DNA of 63,781 nt, counting the filler, from Phoronis australis (taxonomy: Eukaryota > Animalia > Phoronida): NCBI GenBank assembly GCA_002633005.1. It is 6 parts of 6 records of this genome, joined end to end, with 100 filler letters (N's around TTAATTAATTAA, not from the genome) between each part and the next. Parts side by side here need not be neighbours in the genome. Positions count along the whole stretch, not along the records: positions 33,502 to 38,944 come from NMRA01002336.1; positions 39,045 to 45,419 come from NMRA01002171.1; positions 45,520 to 60,372 come from NMRA01000824.1; 3 more parts are not named here. One strand, given 5' to 3'. A model generated the notes under the pieces. It searched no databases. It worked only from the letters and a program-made list of their open reading frames with translations, and had not been told where the DNA came from. A program made the position numbers and the translations under genes. This document shows, in pieces, positions 38,604-50,577 of this stretch; the first letter of the stretch is position 1, and every line of letters begins with the position of its first letter.

Positions 38604-38944
38604 CTATTTCCGCTTGCTTCTGAGTCGTTTGTTGGAAAACCACTTTCTGACCTGTTTCGTAGTTATGTCCCCTTGATAGGCCAGTCGCTTCACTTCCTCG
38701 CCGCTCGGGTATGGATGGTATCGGTGTTTGTCGAACCACGTGGACAATAAATACACGGCTTTGGGGTTGACCTGTTTCGTTTCCTGCGCCTGGCTCTGTT
38801 GGTAGAGGGTCTGTGGTCGTATGTCATTTCCCATCCCTGAAAAGTCCATGGACAGCTGGTTGTTGTCATGTTGGAGCCAAGGTGAACTCGGTGAGAAAGC
38901 ACTCATCGATTCACTTAGAGATCCTTCACCGTTTGTCAGGGCGA
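38604..38944 (-). CDS. Divergent TALE-class homeodomain protein (frame open to the gap, 5' incomplete)
   Basis: AVYLLSTWFDKHRYHPYPSGEEVKRLAYQGDITTKQVRKWFSNKRLR shows the three-residue loop extension before PYP and a WFxNxR helix 3. The homeobox has no intron. Stop at 38604. Confidence 0.92.
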
Positions 38945-39044
38945 NNNNNNNNNNNNNNNNNNNNNNNNNNNNNNNNNNNNNNNNNNNNTTAATTAATTAA
39001 NNNNNNNNNNNNNNNNNNNNNNNNNNNNNNNNNNNNNNNNNNNN
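38945..39044. other. Artificial contig spacer
   Basis: 44N-TTAATTAATTAA-44N. Confidence 0.97.
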
Positions 39045-42000
39045 TCACCGTGTAGGAGCTAGGGTAGCTCAACTGAAGATAACTGACGTTCAGGTTCCTA
39101 TGTGCTCAGGTCAAGAGATTATGCGGAACTGTTGGTATTGGAGTGACACGATTAACTTGCGAACCAGAAAAGTGAGCGGTGTGACAATGGCTGGATAGTA
39201 ATTTCTGCCAGAAGCATGTGCTGTTAGGGAAACTCACTGCAAAATTGTACTCAGCAAAAGGACATGTTTTCTGAAAACGAAAAGATTGTTAAAGTTTTAT
39301 TTTGGATGTTATTTTTTGTATTTATTAATTGTTTTTGGTTATGTTTTGTTAAAGTTAGGAAAGAAGTGATGGTGCGGAATGGTAAAGCGCCATCAGCATG
39401 GTAGATGTGATTTCATGTTAAGATTCATGAACAGATCTAAAATCAGTATTCAAAAAGTGCTTTTTATTTGACGCTGCTTTTGATATGAAAAACGACTGTT
39501 TGATAAAAATCAGTAATTAAAACGCTTAATTTCTATGACATGATATTGAAAAACAAGCCCGTTTAGACTAACGAACAACGGCGGTAGCATGGTTTCCATT
39601 TCGGGTGAGTCCCATGGGCTGGTTTTGGAGATACCATTTAGCAAATTTTNTTCGAACGTTTCATCCCCAAAACCAGAAAGTAAAACATCAACATATAACC
39701 TGCAGGGGAAGGTTAATATCGAAACGAAGTATTGCATGGACAGATAAACCATTAACGGGCAGGGAAACTTGGATATAAATGTACCGGGTAAAAATCAAAG
39801 TGGTGTGGCATGCGAGTTTCGAGCACAAGAAAAAGACACGATGTTGGCAGTTTTGAAGTACTTTATTGAAAGTAAACCGTATTTTGTTACATATTAGGGC
39901 TGCTATGTAGTTACGCAACTACTGTGGATCAAGCTATGTGCCACAGGAAGACCTTCATACGAAAACTTGCATGTCTACTATATGGCTAAGAAAAATAAAG
40001 TATCTAGAAAATCCTGCACAACACGACCATACGAGAGGGCGGCAACAGGGTCTCAGGAATAATGATACCGCAAAAAGTCATATAAAATAGACAACATCAA
40101 GAACACAAATCAGAAAGTAACCAGGTCTACAAAATATGTTTGCCAGTAAAAAGGCCTAGCACCATATCCATGTGTTCAACGAATAACTGGAGCAAGAAGA
40201 CAAATAACATTTGTGCCGGCGATGTCAGGAAAAGATGGGCACATCTAGTCAGTAAATGCAATTGAGCCTAGGGTTAAGGCGTCGTGAAAGTTTAGTCTAG
40301 ACAGTTCCATTGGTGGCACGAGGTCATCAACACTATGCAACAAGTTATTATGTAAAGACATGAGAGTGAAACCACAGGCTGGCCCATCACCATGAACTCT
40401 GGGTCAATGAGCACTCCAACTGAGTTGGGGATAGTGGAATCTCAGTGTGCTTCGGTGACGAAATTTTAGGAGGTAGGTTAGGCACTTTTGCGTGGAATAT
40501 AGGTTAACAAAAGGAAAATTTACAAGATTTTGAAATCGTAAATTAAAAATCTTGTGTTAAAATGTAAGTAAGACACTACTGGTAAGCTGAGATGAGGTAT
40601 ACGCCTAAACGGGCAGAAGTATCCCACTAGTGTTACAGTGCCGCGCTTTCGAAAACTTGGCGCAGTTACACCGATACTGTTTACTAATAGCCCGAGTGTA
40701 GTGGCTCCCGCGTTGCAGATGAAAATGACCCTACGTAACCGGCTAACGACAACTGTTAGAGTGACTGGCTTAGACATAAGCACACCAAAATGAACAAGGA
40801 ATGTACGAAAATAGTAAAATAAAGAAAAACAGCTGACGCCATGCGCTCGCTGCGTGGGCACTCGACCGCGAATTTCGTACTCGGATAGACTAAACAATTT
40901 TATATATCTGAGTTTCGTACGACGAAGCTATGCGCGCCTGAGAAGTAGACAAATTAGCAAGCATGTGTGACGTGATCTCGTCGATCGATACGTCCGTCTA
41001 TCTGCCGCTACGGTAGCCGTCTAATCGAAAATCGTCATGGTGGGGAATGCCCGACCACGAAGCGGAACAAAAACAAAGTTGACGTATTACCGCGGTTGGA
41101 ATAGGTTAAAAGTTATTCCAAGAGAACGAAATGTGAAGCATTAGGTGAGACCAATTGGCACGAATCTTTTCAGAAGTTAAGACATGTTTTGGTATGATTA
41201 GTTTTTATTATTATTATTAGGTATTATTATTTTTTTTTTGGATTGTTTTTTTTAAGGATTACTTATTCAGTTTTAGCAATGACTCAGTGTAGGTTTCATT
41301 TTTTCTTATTTTTATATGTTTATTTTGTAATTTTTTGTGAGGTTTTTGATTTTTGTTTTCATTTTTTTGTTTTTTTGTTCAATGTATTTTTTTTTGAACG
41401 GAACGGAAGGAACTAAGGGAGTCAAAAGCGAAGATAAACATTCGTACGCGCTAGGGACCAGAGGCGAAGTACTTGAAAAGGCCTCAACAAACAAGATATT
41501 CAAAGCGTAAGGTACGGTATTTCCGCACTTTTTCGAGAAGTCGAATAAAATATAGAAGTGGGAGCCGAAGTTTTTTTTATATATATTTTTATTTTTTTTA
41601 TTATTTTTTTTTAATCTGATAAACCCACCGAAATGGTTGTGGGCTATATCGGGACACGTCAGTGTGAGACGCAGCGTTTTCGAGCTTTACCACACCAGTC
41701 TCCGCCGCGACATGCGATAGATTCCCTTCTAGGTCTCAACCATTGTCAATCCCATATGTTACATAATATTACCTCCTGTCCTGTTGGAGTAGTACCTAGT
41801 AGTTTAGTGTTATGTATCCAGTATCCACCATGAACCCAAATTATCAGTACGACTGGACCCTAGGTCACACGAATGTCAAACCGCTGGCACTCAAACGCAT
41901 TCCACATGAGTACCCAGACCCCAATTGTGCTGCACTCCTTGTTCAAGGCTTAAAATAGCTTTAGGTTACAATACATGGGCACGAAAAACCGCACCACAGC

Positions 42001-44309
42001 AAAAACCTATATTTGTAACTCGGACAAACTCATAAAAGAATGGGAACTGGGCCGAATAGTAGGCTCTGTCCTACCCGCCCCATTGATAACCGTTGTATCT
42101 CGCCGCAGGGTCTCCCCCACCAAAGCAGACGGGGATTGCCGCAAGCTATCCCGCTTATACCCAGTGTTGTGTATCTTACTTTGTCAAGTAAAGTAGACAC
42201 TCCATTAACTACGCAGTGAAACGAACAGATTTGAACTGAACACTGAACTGATTTATTCTACCATATCACAACAATATATATACGCACAACTGCATAACAA
42301 CATGTGGATGCGTCACCTATGACACACTTCCTATACCAGGAATCGCGTGACATAGCGAGGGATTGGTTTGGCGGTTTGAGGAATATTAGAATCGAAAGAA
42401 ATCGGCCGTTAGGAAAGCCATCTGTGGCTAAAAGTAATAAATACGGAAAGTAACTTGTGTCCAGGACAATTAACGACAAACGGGAAGGAGTCTACTAAGT
42501 ATAAAATTGGCTAATTAGGAAAACTTACGAGTGAACGTACTGTTGCTTGTGGCTGGGCCAACAGGAAGCTGGAGAGAAAGAACAAACAGCGCTACCATCG
42601 GACTTGGTAGGAACTAACTAGGAGTTGGATATGAAGGATGAAGGGCTGTCTAGTGTTATTTGCCCAAATAATAGGATTTATGTCAGAGTGCCATAAATCT
42701 CATTGTTAAAATTTTTTTACCTACTTAATTTTTCCATTCTTTCACATCATAGAACCAGACATATTTCGTTTCATCGTTGATAACTCACGCATTTTACTCG
42801 TTCAGTCTATAGAGCGAGAGATCCTCTGCTCGAGATTAAAAACCGTGAGCGTTTACATGGTTTGTCCTGATTAGCTATCACACGGCACAATCTTACTGTG
42901 AGTATTCGTAAGAGTGTTGTAAGCCTTTACATACTTGAAAGTGATGATTTGGCAGTTTGCCGTGTCTCCATTTGTTGTGGCTATGCATTACTTTTTACCA
43001 TCTGTATGAAGTTCGGACAAAAACATTAAGTAGAGATAGAACGGTAACGTATTACGTGCCAGTTCATTGGGATTTTTCAAAAGCGTCATCACCAGTTTTA
43101 ATTATTTTTATAAAAACCCGTAATCATTTAAGCAGGGCGATTCCAATCCATGCCGCGTAAATGAAAAATAACCTAACACCATGATAATTTTCAGTTGCAC
43201 CAAGAGTTGGGCTTCTTTTCAAATGCTCAGATGGCAAATGTTCGACTTTCAAATCAAAATACAGACGTTCCAGGCAATAGTCGCCCTTGTTGCATATACA
43301 GTTTATGTGGTCTATAACAAATAGGACATCGTCCTTCAACTTATGCTGGGTTCAAGAACTAAAACGAACATTGTTATGCCTAAACTACACAATTTCGAAT
43401 CCAAACAATTCGTGTTCATGTATTTCATATTATGCTAGTATTGATCCAGTGCTAAATGTCGAAAATTGCATGATAAGGTGTTCAAAATTCTATCAACAAT
43501 CTGCAGAATCACGAGTGCATTGTTTCAACGACGATTGAGTGAGTTATACGAGTTTTCAAAAGCAAACAGTGACATTTCATTCTTACAAACTTTTTGTTGC
43601 ATGTTAGGCTAAATGACGTTTTTTGCGTTACATTCTTTACTCCATCGCAAATTTATTTCTACCATGATATTTTATGGAGAAAACTTCATTTTAAGTGAAA
43701 TGTATAAAACTTACATTTCAGCTATCATCTACGCTCATTACAAATGTGAACACAGTGATTGTAATCTCTTGCAGGAGAAATACCTTCCGTAGAAGATGGC
43801 ACGGTAACGCGAACGTTTTGCGTAATGGGGAACAACTTTAATTGTGAGGTTTGCAAAACGTATGGAGATGTTTGTTGCGCTGAAAAATTACAAATTGAAG
43901 TGCGCAACTGCAGTTCCTCAGAAGAACATGTCCTCTACAATTTACCGAGAGTATCTGGTTGTCCTGCAGCATTTTGTGCGGGTACGTATTGACCAAAGTG
44001 GCTTTCCTTCTTGTAAAGCGTGAGAAATTAGTATTTTGCCATACAGTGTATTTTAATCGAATACCATACATGTAATTGCAGATATTCGTTTGTATTTTAT
44101 TAGTCATTACGGCGGTTTTGGACACTGACTTCATCACGCATGTCCAAAATCACGTCAAATGTACCGTTGTTAGCTGTTGTGTTAACGCCCTCAGACGCGC
44201 TCGGTTGTTTCATGCATTGAGTCTACACTGCGTTGCCTGATCATGTCGTACTTATACATGCAAAACTCTAACTGATGTACCGCACAAGACACCAGAAAAT
44301 CTAAACCCT

Positions 44310-44720
44310 TTAAAGGAGAATGCCACCCGAATTAATTAGTCTTTTTTACCGTCTTAATCGGTCTAATATTCACATCGACTCTTATACGGTCCACCTCACC
44401 TTGCCGATAGGTGTCGTGTTAACCTGTGAGGAAGGTGAGAAGCGACGTCAGTGGCTCGTCTGCAGAGTGAATGCCGCTATATTGTGGTTCATCGGTTTTT
44501 GAACTATGGAGCTGCGAAGAAAGCGGGTATATCGTTTTTCGACAGCCTCGAGAGCCCAGAATGCTTAGGTAATGACTCGCGGTAGTGAAGAATGAAAGGT
44601 ATGCTGTTAATAGCAAGTATGAGGACGTGAAACATCTCCGTGTCTGTGACCGGCACTTCGTCGACTTTGATTTCCCTGACGAGTTCCGGCTTACCAAAGA
44701 ACTTTACATACGTTCCGTTG
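44310..44720 (+). mobile_element. Decayed THAP-domain ORF downstream of a TTAA|AGG terminus (Kolobok-like)
   Basis: From ATG 44471: MPLYCGSS/KAGISF/FRQPREPRMLR**LAVVK...HLRVCDRHFVDFDF, the THAP pattern with the conserved Trp now TGA. TTAA-AGGAGAATGCCACCC at 44310. Confidence 0.65.
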
Positions 44721-45419
44721 CCAGTGCATGTTCACGGCGCCTCTCTAGTATTGCTTGATCAGTGCATTCCGGTTCGAACTGATAGCCTGTGAAACCTAAC
44801 GATGCATCTGTGAAGTCTTCGTCGGATGAGCTCTTTCTAAGTCGGGATTGGCGCCGGCGAGTTGCCATGTAGACGTTTATTATTCTGCGTTCTGTTTCAA
44901 AATGAATTATTCTCGTCCTAAAATGATCCTAACCAATGCAGCTTATACGGAACTGAAACAAAGTCTGTCTCATTAGATACAATATGTAATGCCTTGGAGT
45001 GCTCGTGATTGCAAATGTTTTGAGAAGCCAGCAATGAATAAAGCACTGCGTTACCGGCTTTTGATGCCGCCACAAAGTTAATTGACCGGGCACCGAGGCC
45101 GTGAGAGCGCATGCTAATTCGCTGAGTGTTTGCTGATAGAACTCGGAAAGCTGTTGTGAAACAATTACATGTACTCTATTTTATATGCTATTGTCAAATG
45201 TTAGGAAATCTTTATTTAGAAATACAAACACATTATTCAAATCATTGTTACTGTACCACCTTTGCCCTGACGGTCTGTGGAAGGGAGACCCGAATTCGCG
45301 GCCCGCGGCAAGCCATATTTTCGGTTTCGCTAGTTCACATAAATAATTAAGTGTACATTATTTCTTTGGCTAACTTTTATAGTCTTTCCTGACTGGAGGT
45401 TTAGTTTCCAACTCAAGGT

Positions 45420-45519
45420 NNNNNNNNNNNNNNNNNNNNNNNNNNNNNNNNNNNNNNNNNNNNTTAATTAATTAANNNNNNNNNNNNNNNNNNNNNNNNN
45501 NNNNNNNNNNNNNNNNNNN
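45420..45519. other. Artificial contig spacer
   Basis: 44N-TTAATTAATTAA-44N. Confidence 0.97.
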
Positions 45520-45697
45520 TGCATTAGTAAAATCAACAAGTTTTTAAGTGGTCTCAAAAAAACAGTCGGTAAATGCATTAATTTTAGTCTCAGTTCTTCC
45601 ACGCGTGTTTCTCCCGAGAGGTTAGTACCTAACGTGCAGACGAGTGTTCCAAATTGGAACGCTAAGTCCCGCGTGGCAGCGCTGCACGCGAAACAAG

Positions 45698-45731
45698 ATG
45701 GCGGACGACCTTTGGAGACTGACGACGAGAG
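45698..45731 (+). CDS. Candidate first coding exon of an unidentified gene (MADDLWRLTTR)
   Basis: CAAGATGGCGG (strong Kozak context, YY1-type motif) in a CpG-rich patch, followed by GAG|gtaatc. Confidence 0.5.
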
Positions 45732-48005
45732 GTAATCGGACTATATTCATTATCTAAAAATCGTCGCTGATACTGATAGCCAAGTCAAGACGAGTGTTTT
45801 CGACAATTAAACAGAAAATTCGTACTTAAAACAATGTCAAAGATAACCAAAGCACGAAAAAAGGAAAATTTACAATAAATCGCTAAAAACGCGACAAATG
45901 AAATTAATATGAACTGAAATGAACAGGATAAGACGTTGACGAGAACGCTCACCTGTTTTTCTCGACTTCTGTTTAGCTCGCGTTGTGAACTCGGAAGTGA
46001 TTCTCTCCTCCCACGTCGCATGACAAAACCAATATTGAATTTCATGCATATTTTGTCATTTTATTCCTTGTCATTTATAGCTATATATTTTTATGTAAAA
46101 TACAATCTCCTAGATTCATTGATTTAAAAGAATTCAATTTCAGTTTTAAAAAAACTATGCTTCGTTTTAAATGAAGTTTGACCTAGTTAGATGCAGATCG
46201 TTTCAATAGATAGAGAGAGTGTATGCCTTAATGATATCGGTCGGGAACCAGTGCTGTGTATCTCTGCTAAATTATTTGCTTTCACTTGACAGGTCAGTAT
46301 CTCAAGTTTTGCAAGTAGCATGCACATACTATCTGTGTACGATTGGTGTGAAACTTCGATAAGTGTCAATGCCTGGGACTGGGTGTAATTTTTATTTACG
46401 GTAATATCGTTGAATGACGACAGACGGCGTGATTGTACGAGCGACTGGCCTATCCCTGATTCTCTCAAGGCAAGCCTCCTCAGTTTCTGTGTCCCGTTCC
46501 AAGAAACTGACTTAAGTTCATTTTTGACTTAAAGTCTAAGATTTGTCTTAACTTCCAAACTTTGAAAGTTCCACGTTCTGTAACTGTAAGATAGTCAAAA
46601 TTATGTTGTGTGCCGCCTAGCCAGCCAGCTAGCTGTAATGTATGAAGACTGTCGTCAAAATACAGCGAGAGCCCTGAGCTAGGTACCACTGTGTGCATTT
46701 CTTCCGTAGACCCCGAAATTGCACACAGCCAGGGTAGTTCTACTCGTTACCGCGCCGTGAAACTTGTATCAACATGTAAAGCTAAAGACCGGACGGGGTG
46801 CATGCAAAATCTGGGAATCAACCGACACTCACCTTGCCCGTTGCAGCCGTTTAAGCGAATAACAATGCAATAAACTTCATTTTCTTGCGTAACTCTCCAC
46901 CTTTTATAATAATGAAAAGTATGTTGTCGTTTTGAAAACAATACGCTCGTGTCACGTGCACGCACCATTCCCTAAATTTTTTGCGACATCTCTTGGGAGA
47001 TGATGATAGCTTGGCAGCAGCAAATCATCTGAAATTCGGTTTTTCGGTATCAAAATTCTAAAAACATATAATGAAGTGAAACCAGTTGCGATAATTTGTT
47101 GTGACGTGTAGGCAATCGTGAAAGAAGAACAGTTGATTGAAGAATCGGCGAAAAAATAAACTGGCCAATAGGAGACGCAATATTTCATGGCGCCGAAAGC
47201 CGTCGCTAAAGATTGCTCCACAACTTTAGCAGCAGAAAAACGGTAGAATGCTATTTTTTCCAACACCGTTAAATAATTTAGTTTACTCAAGGAAGATTGT
47301 AGTTTTTAATGACACCAATTTTGTGTCAGATTTTATCTTACCACTTTTTTACCCACACAGGTGCAAAGCTGTATATTTACGTATACAGCTCTGTACCAAG
47401 GCTAACCTCAGTTCAGCTTCCCTCAGCCTACTCTGAACTCTACAAACTACTGCACGCAAGCTAATATACAGATACAAACGTATGTACACAGTGACTATTC
47501 CAAGTCAAACACATACAGCAATAGCACGTCTGAACCCTCAGACTTCACGGCGGCAACCCTCTAACTCTGAACTGTGCTAGCTGCCCTACAGGAATTCTAA
47601 AAACACCCGGGACGTGACGTAACTTCCGTGTGACGTAACTACCATAGATTCGCTGGAGCGCGGTTCACTACAATTATGACAAAACTTGTACAAAAAATTA
47701 AGTAAAAATTTTAAGCTTCAACTTCAGTAATAATCAGATCTATTCTCTTTCTTAAGTTGAACTTGAAACGGTTTTCAGACAAATTTTAAAATTTTTAAAA
47801 GGTTCATCTTCAAATTTATTAAAATTTAAGATTTTCTTAGCCAAGTTAGTTTTGTTAGAATCTTTTCCTGCAAACATTCCCTCTTGCTGTTACCAGGTTA
47901 CGGTATGTGTTTCATCTCAGTGTTGCCAGTTGTCTTTCTGAAACTTAGAATCTTTGTTAGTAAGCCATAGGCATAGTCCCAGCACTCCTATCTTTCACCT
48001 CATAA

Positions 48006-48359
48006 TAATCTCAAGATCGCATATGCATGAACTTGGAATACACATAGAACCTTGACAAGTTTACTCAAATAATCACGTTCACGTTGTCAAAAATTTGCAC
48101 TGCACTAAAATTAAATTACATGATAAAGTAAATTTTAACCCATCTTTTCAAAACTATTGGCGATCCTATTCACCAAAAAATACTTTGTTCAACCATTCAT
48201 ATCAACTTCCAGTTATTTGGCACAAGTTACGATAAAGGAAAATATGGATGATCACTAGGCCAGTGATTACAAAAATTCTCTACACTGAACAAAAAAATTC
48301 ACCTGATCGCCCAAATGAATATTCAGTTCCAAGTTCATGCATACACGATCTTGAGATTA
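48006..48359. mobile_element. MITE with 33-bp terminal inverted repeats
   Basis: TAATCTCAAGATCGCATATGCATGAACTTGGAA versus TTCCAAGTTCATGCATACACGATCTTGAGATTA, two mismatches. TA/TAA ends. Confidence 0.8.
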
Positions 48360-48409
48360 AGCAAGATTCCTAGTTATACTAAGCAGGATCTCAGTAGCTT
48401 ACATCCAGC

Positions 48410-48525
48410 CTGAGATAAGTGGAAGCATAAGGTATGGGAGGCTGTTGAGATTCAAGTCCACAGACCATTAGTCTGAACAGAGATCCTGGACTTGATCTCC
48501 CTGCAGTGCACTCTGACCTGCTAGG
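48410..48525 (+). mobile_element. Penelope-like retroelement fragment (GIY-YIG C-terminus)
   Basis: DKWKHKVWEAVEIQVHRP/SLNRDPGLDLPAVHSDLL matches the PLE pattern RKIKEAIxI...PSLNRDxGxxLP. Confidence 0.65.
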
Positions 48526-49378
48526 GGATTCCGACCAACATTAGGGGATCCCCCATGTTTGTTTTTATTGTTTTATTCCACAACCTAAGGGGCGCACTTG
48601 TTGGTGAATCAAGTCCATGAAATATGTCTGTACGAAACGGCTGTACACCAGCAACCTCAAGGCATGGCTTTTTGATTCCAAATGGGATCTTTATTTAATA
48701 TTATTGTAAGATACTTCACGTTTGTTTGCTCCGGGTGGCTCATGGTCACGTGTATATTCACGACTGAATAGACTGAATGTAATTTGCATGTGACCTGACC
48801 CTCATTTGAATATGAAGTGTTGTGCGCTGACTCGATTTACTCACATTGTGGCAGTGCATATTTGGCGTCAGTGAGGAGAGCCAGGGAGCGGAAGTATTGA
48901 GGTATTTTTCATGATATTTTCGTATTTGGTATTGCCGAATTTGCATTTGGTCTGTATCTGTGAGGTTTACTATGCATTTTGTTTTTTATTTTTAGAACTG
49001 AAACAGAGAAGAACTGTGAAAATGTCAATTAGAAATGTTTCACGTCTCTCAATAAAGCACTTTTAAAAGATATTAACTCCTCTTGACTTGCCAACACTCA
49101 CAATTATCAATTCTGAATTCCTCATCAAATGGTGATCGTGTTTGGTTTTTGAATCACCAGATTCCCCCAACTACAACCGACGTTACTTAGACAATCTGTT
49201 TTGTCCAAACTCATTGCGAATGCACTGAGTTTGACTGTTCATTCACAGTTGGTAATGGTGTGCAACCACTATAGTAGATAATTGGCCTGTATGTTGTCAT
49301 ACAGGTATTCAGTATTGCAAAGTGAAACCCATTGATTCTGTACTCAGTTGTTACACTATCAGTGTACATGTATTTCAG

Positions 49379-49550
49379 GCACATCTTAGGAAAACATGTC
49401 GACCAAATTAAGCCGTCTTCGAGTATAAAGGCACAGTATTTCTTACCAAATGTCTCAAAGACGAAGCAGCGAAGAAATGTTTTTGCTGCTGTTGACAAGA
49501 ACATGAGCTGGGAACAATTGGAGGCAGAGAACTCATGGCCTCGAACTGAG
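49379..49550 (+). pseudogene. ACLY: ATP-citrate lyase pseudo-exon (first coding exon)
   Basis: From ATG 49396, with a 4-nt and a 1-nt frameshift: MSTK/AVFEYKGTVFLTKCLKDEAAKKC/FAAVDKNMSWEQLEAENSWPRTE|gt. Resembles ACLY MSAKAISEQTGK...WARLLQDHPWLLSQ. Confidence 0.75.
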
Positions 49551-49837
49551 GTATCCTTTATCTTAACATTTCATTGTTTTACACTTTAATTTCCTTGTTG
49601 AAGATTTGCATGAGTTAGCATTAAATCCATTTACTGTGGTCATTTTCCATCTTTTGATTTTGAAATTTGTTTTGGTTCTTTACCAACTTTGGATTGTGTG
49701 AATGAAGTTTGAATTCTTTTTCAAACACTAAGTTCAAATTGTTAATTTTCAAACGCTGACTGCTGTTGTGCATTTTGTCATATTTGTATCCCAAATTGTC
49801 TAAGAATTGAAAATTAAAGCTATATACTTTTTGCTAG

Positions 49838-49938
49838 TTGCAAATGACCACCTGATCAAGCTGAGGCTCATAAAGATAAACACGGACCTAGCTGGAGTCA
49901 AACAATGATTAGGAAAAAGACTTGGCAAAAAGTTCACG
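49838..49938 (+). pseudogene. ACLY: ATP-citrate lyase pseudo-exon (second coding exon)
   Basis: DHLIKLRLIKINTDLAGVKQ*LGKRLGKKFT|gtcagt versus ACLY [35 protein letters not shown]. RRGK is deleted and the Trp is now TGA. Confidence 0.75.
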
Positions 49939-50229
49939 GTCAGTATCTTTTAATTCTTTGATTATACTAGAGACAAAAGTATTCATACAAAATGACCATG
50001 AATTCCCTTATTGTGATGGCGAAGCAGAATCCAAATTCATCAGCAGAATAATCTCCGCCATAACCAAGAAGGAAGTGGAATTAACGGTATAGTTAGTAAG
50101 GTATCGTAGTTGGTAAGGTGGTAGCAAGTCTGTAATTAGAATTTTGCTGCCCTAATAGTTACCGTCACTCATTTCTGCTGTTCACAGAATTGGCCATCAT
50201 GACAGTGAAACGGTGTTGTGTCTGATTTA

Positions 50230-50465
50230 AAAAAATAATTGCAGGCGGTCTGATACACGTTGTACCAGACGTGCGCAGGCCTCGCCTGTGGGCCCATTGC
50301 ACCGATCACCTGGAAATATTTTTATGCTTTATTAATATATGGTTAAAACCGAGCTGAGGAGCTAGAAAGCTGGCTCAAGGGTTTAGCAGTGTGACCTGGT
50401 GGGACTTGAACCCACGACCTCGAGTTAAGAAAGCGGGCACTTATCAACCAGGGCACACTGCCTCC
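50230..50465 (-). mobile_element. tRNA-derived SINE (3' boundary approximate)
   Basis: Reverse complement: GGAGGCAGTGTGCCCTGGTTGATAAG (A box) ... GGGTTCAAGTCCCACC (B box), then CCCTTGAGC. No complete cloverleaf. Confidence 0.6.
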
Positions 50466-50491
50466 TTATGTCTGATTACTTTTGTCTTGTA

Positions 50492-50577
50492 ATGTAGCTG
50501 TGCCATGTATCCTTCAGAATGCAGCACAGGCAGGATGTAGCTATGTCATGTATCATGCAGAATGCAGCACAGGCAGG
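50492..50577 (+). repeat. 43-bp tandem duplication
   Basis: ATGTAGCT.TG.CATGTATC.T.CAGAATGCAGCACAGGCAGG twice. Confidence 0.85.

Noticed and set aside
39045-39270. Minus-strand acceptor and partly open frame that might be the 5' part of the TALE gene
   Set aside because: All three frames contain stops, and contiguity across the artificial spacer is unproven.
50390-50465. tRNA gene
   Set aside because: A and B boxes are present, but acceptor and anticodon stems do not pair properly and a SINE-like body follows. Treated as a SINE.
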